Program-made: the position numbers and the translations under genes
The notes under the pieces: generated by a model
Told to the model about the DNA's origin: nothing
The model's database searches: none
What the model saw: only the letters and a program-made list of their open reading frames with translations
Shown here: piece after piece, positions 63,470-64,000 of the stretch
How the letters are laid out: every line of letters starts with the position of its first letter
Position numbering within the stretch: position 1 is the first letter of the stretch
Assembly (NCBI RefSeq): GCF_963921235.1
Contig: NC_086097.1
Location: 206,338,001 to 206,402,000 of the forward strand
Length of the DNA stretch: 64,000 nt
Source: Mobula hypostoma
Taxonomy: Eukaryota
Reading direction: 5' to 3'

Positions 63470-64000
63470 CAGCAGCACAGATGCGGTAGAAGCGTTCCCG
63501 CCCTGGTCCAGAGTGGAGCTTGAGAGAGCTGCCAGTTTTGATCAGACCACAGCACAGGCACAGTAGAAGCATTCCCACACAGGTCTGGAGCGAAGCTTCA
63601 AAAACTCAGTCTTCATAAAAGAGAGGTACCATCTAGCAGAGAAGTCATCGTTGGAGTCCTCTGAATCAAAGTATTAAGGCTTTCGGTCAACAAACTTCAG
63701 CAACATGCCATGTGGCAGTAAGGGTAGGAATAGAATGAGGGGGCAGATAAGTGCATGGCTGAAGAATTGGAGCAGGAGACAGGGATTCAGATTTCTGGAT
63801 CATTGGGACCTCATCTGGGGCAGGTGTAATCTGTACAAAGGGGACGGGCTGCACTTGAATCTGAGGGCAATAAATGTCCTTGCAGGCTGGTTTGCTAGAG
63901 CTGTTAGGAGTGGTTTAAGCTCATATGGCAGAGGAATGGGAACCAGTAGGATGGAGCTGAGGATGAGCCAGCAGGTTTACAAGTAGTGATGGGTGTAATA
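63470..64000 (+). mobile_element. CR1 5' UTR and ORF1 (SGNH esterase) remnant
   Basis: WSRRQGFRFLDHWDLIWGRCNLYKGDGLHLN; tandem units with a period of about 77 bp at 63473-63600. Confidence 0.8.

Noticed and set aside
61418..64000. Further upstream ST18 zinc-finger exons, including ORF 62386-62712
   Set aside because: No C2HC (CPxPGCxGxGH/GCP) motif found, and that ORF is on the opposite strand; the exons probably lie beyond the window.

Overview
Eukaryotic genomic DNA, most likely from a cartilaginous fish (ray/shark); this is inferred from the repeat repertoire. The only host gene I can support is the 3' end of ST18 (MYT1-family C2HC zinc-finger transcription factor) on the minus strand: three coding exons at 61314-61417, 60809-60952 and 44149-44289, plus a 3' UTR. 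The rest is mostly decayed transposable elements: CR1 and Rex1/Babar LINEs, Penelope-like elements (PLEs) carrying minimal hammerhead ribozymes, often as fold-back hairpins with 12-15 bp target-site duplications (TSDs), tRNA-derived SINEs, Gypsy remnants and Tc1/mariner elements. The most unusual feature is a HERO-like non-LTR retrotransposon with a restriction-like endonuclease (RLE) at 36766-40557, which is circularly permuted. It starts and ends inside the endonuclease coding region with a 129-bp direct repeat, has no tail, and sits in a palindromic target with 3' microhomology. At its 3'UTR/5'UTR junction it carries a candidate hammerhead ribozyme whose three core strands are in non-circularly permuted order. 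Together these suggest retrotransposition from a ribozyme-processed circular or multimeric RNA, which is a hypothesis to be tested.
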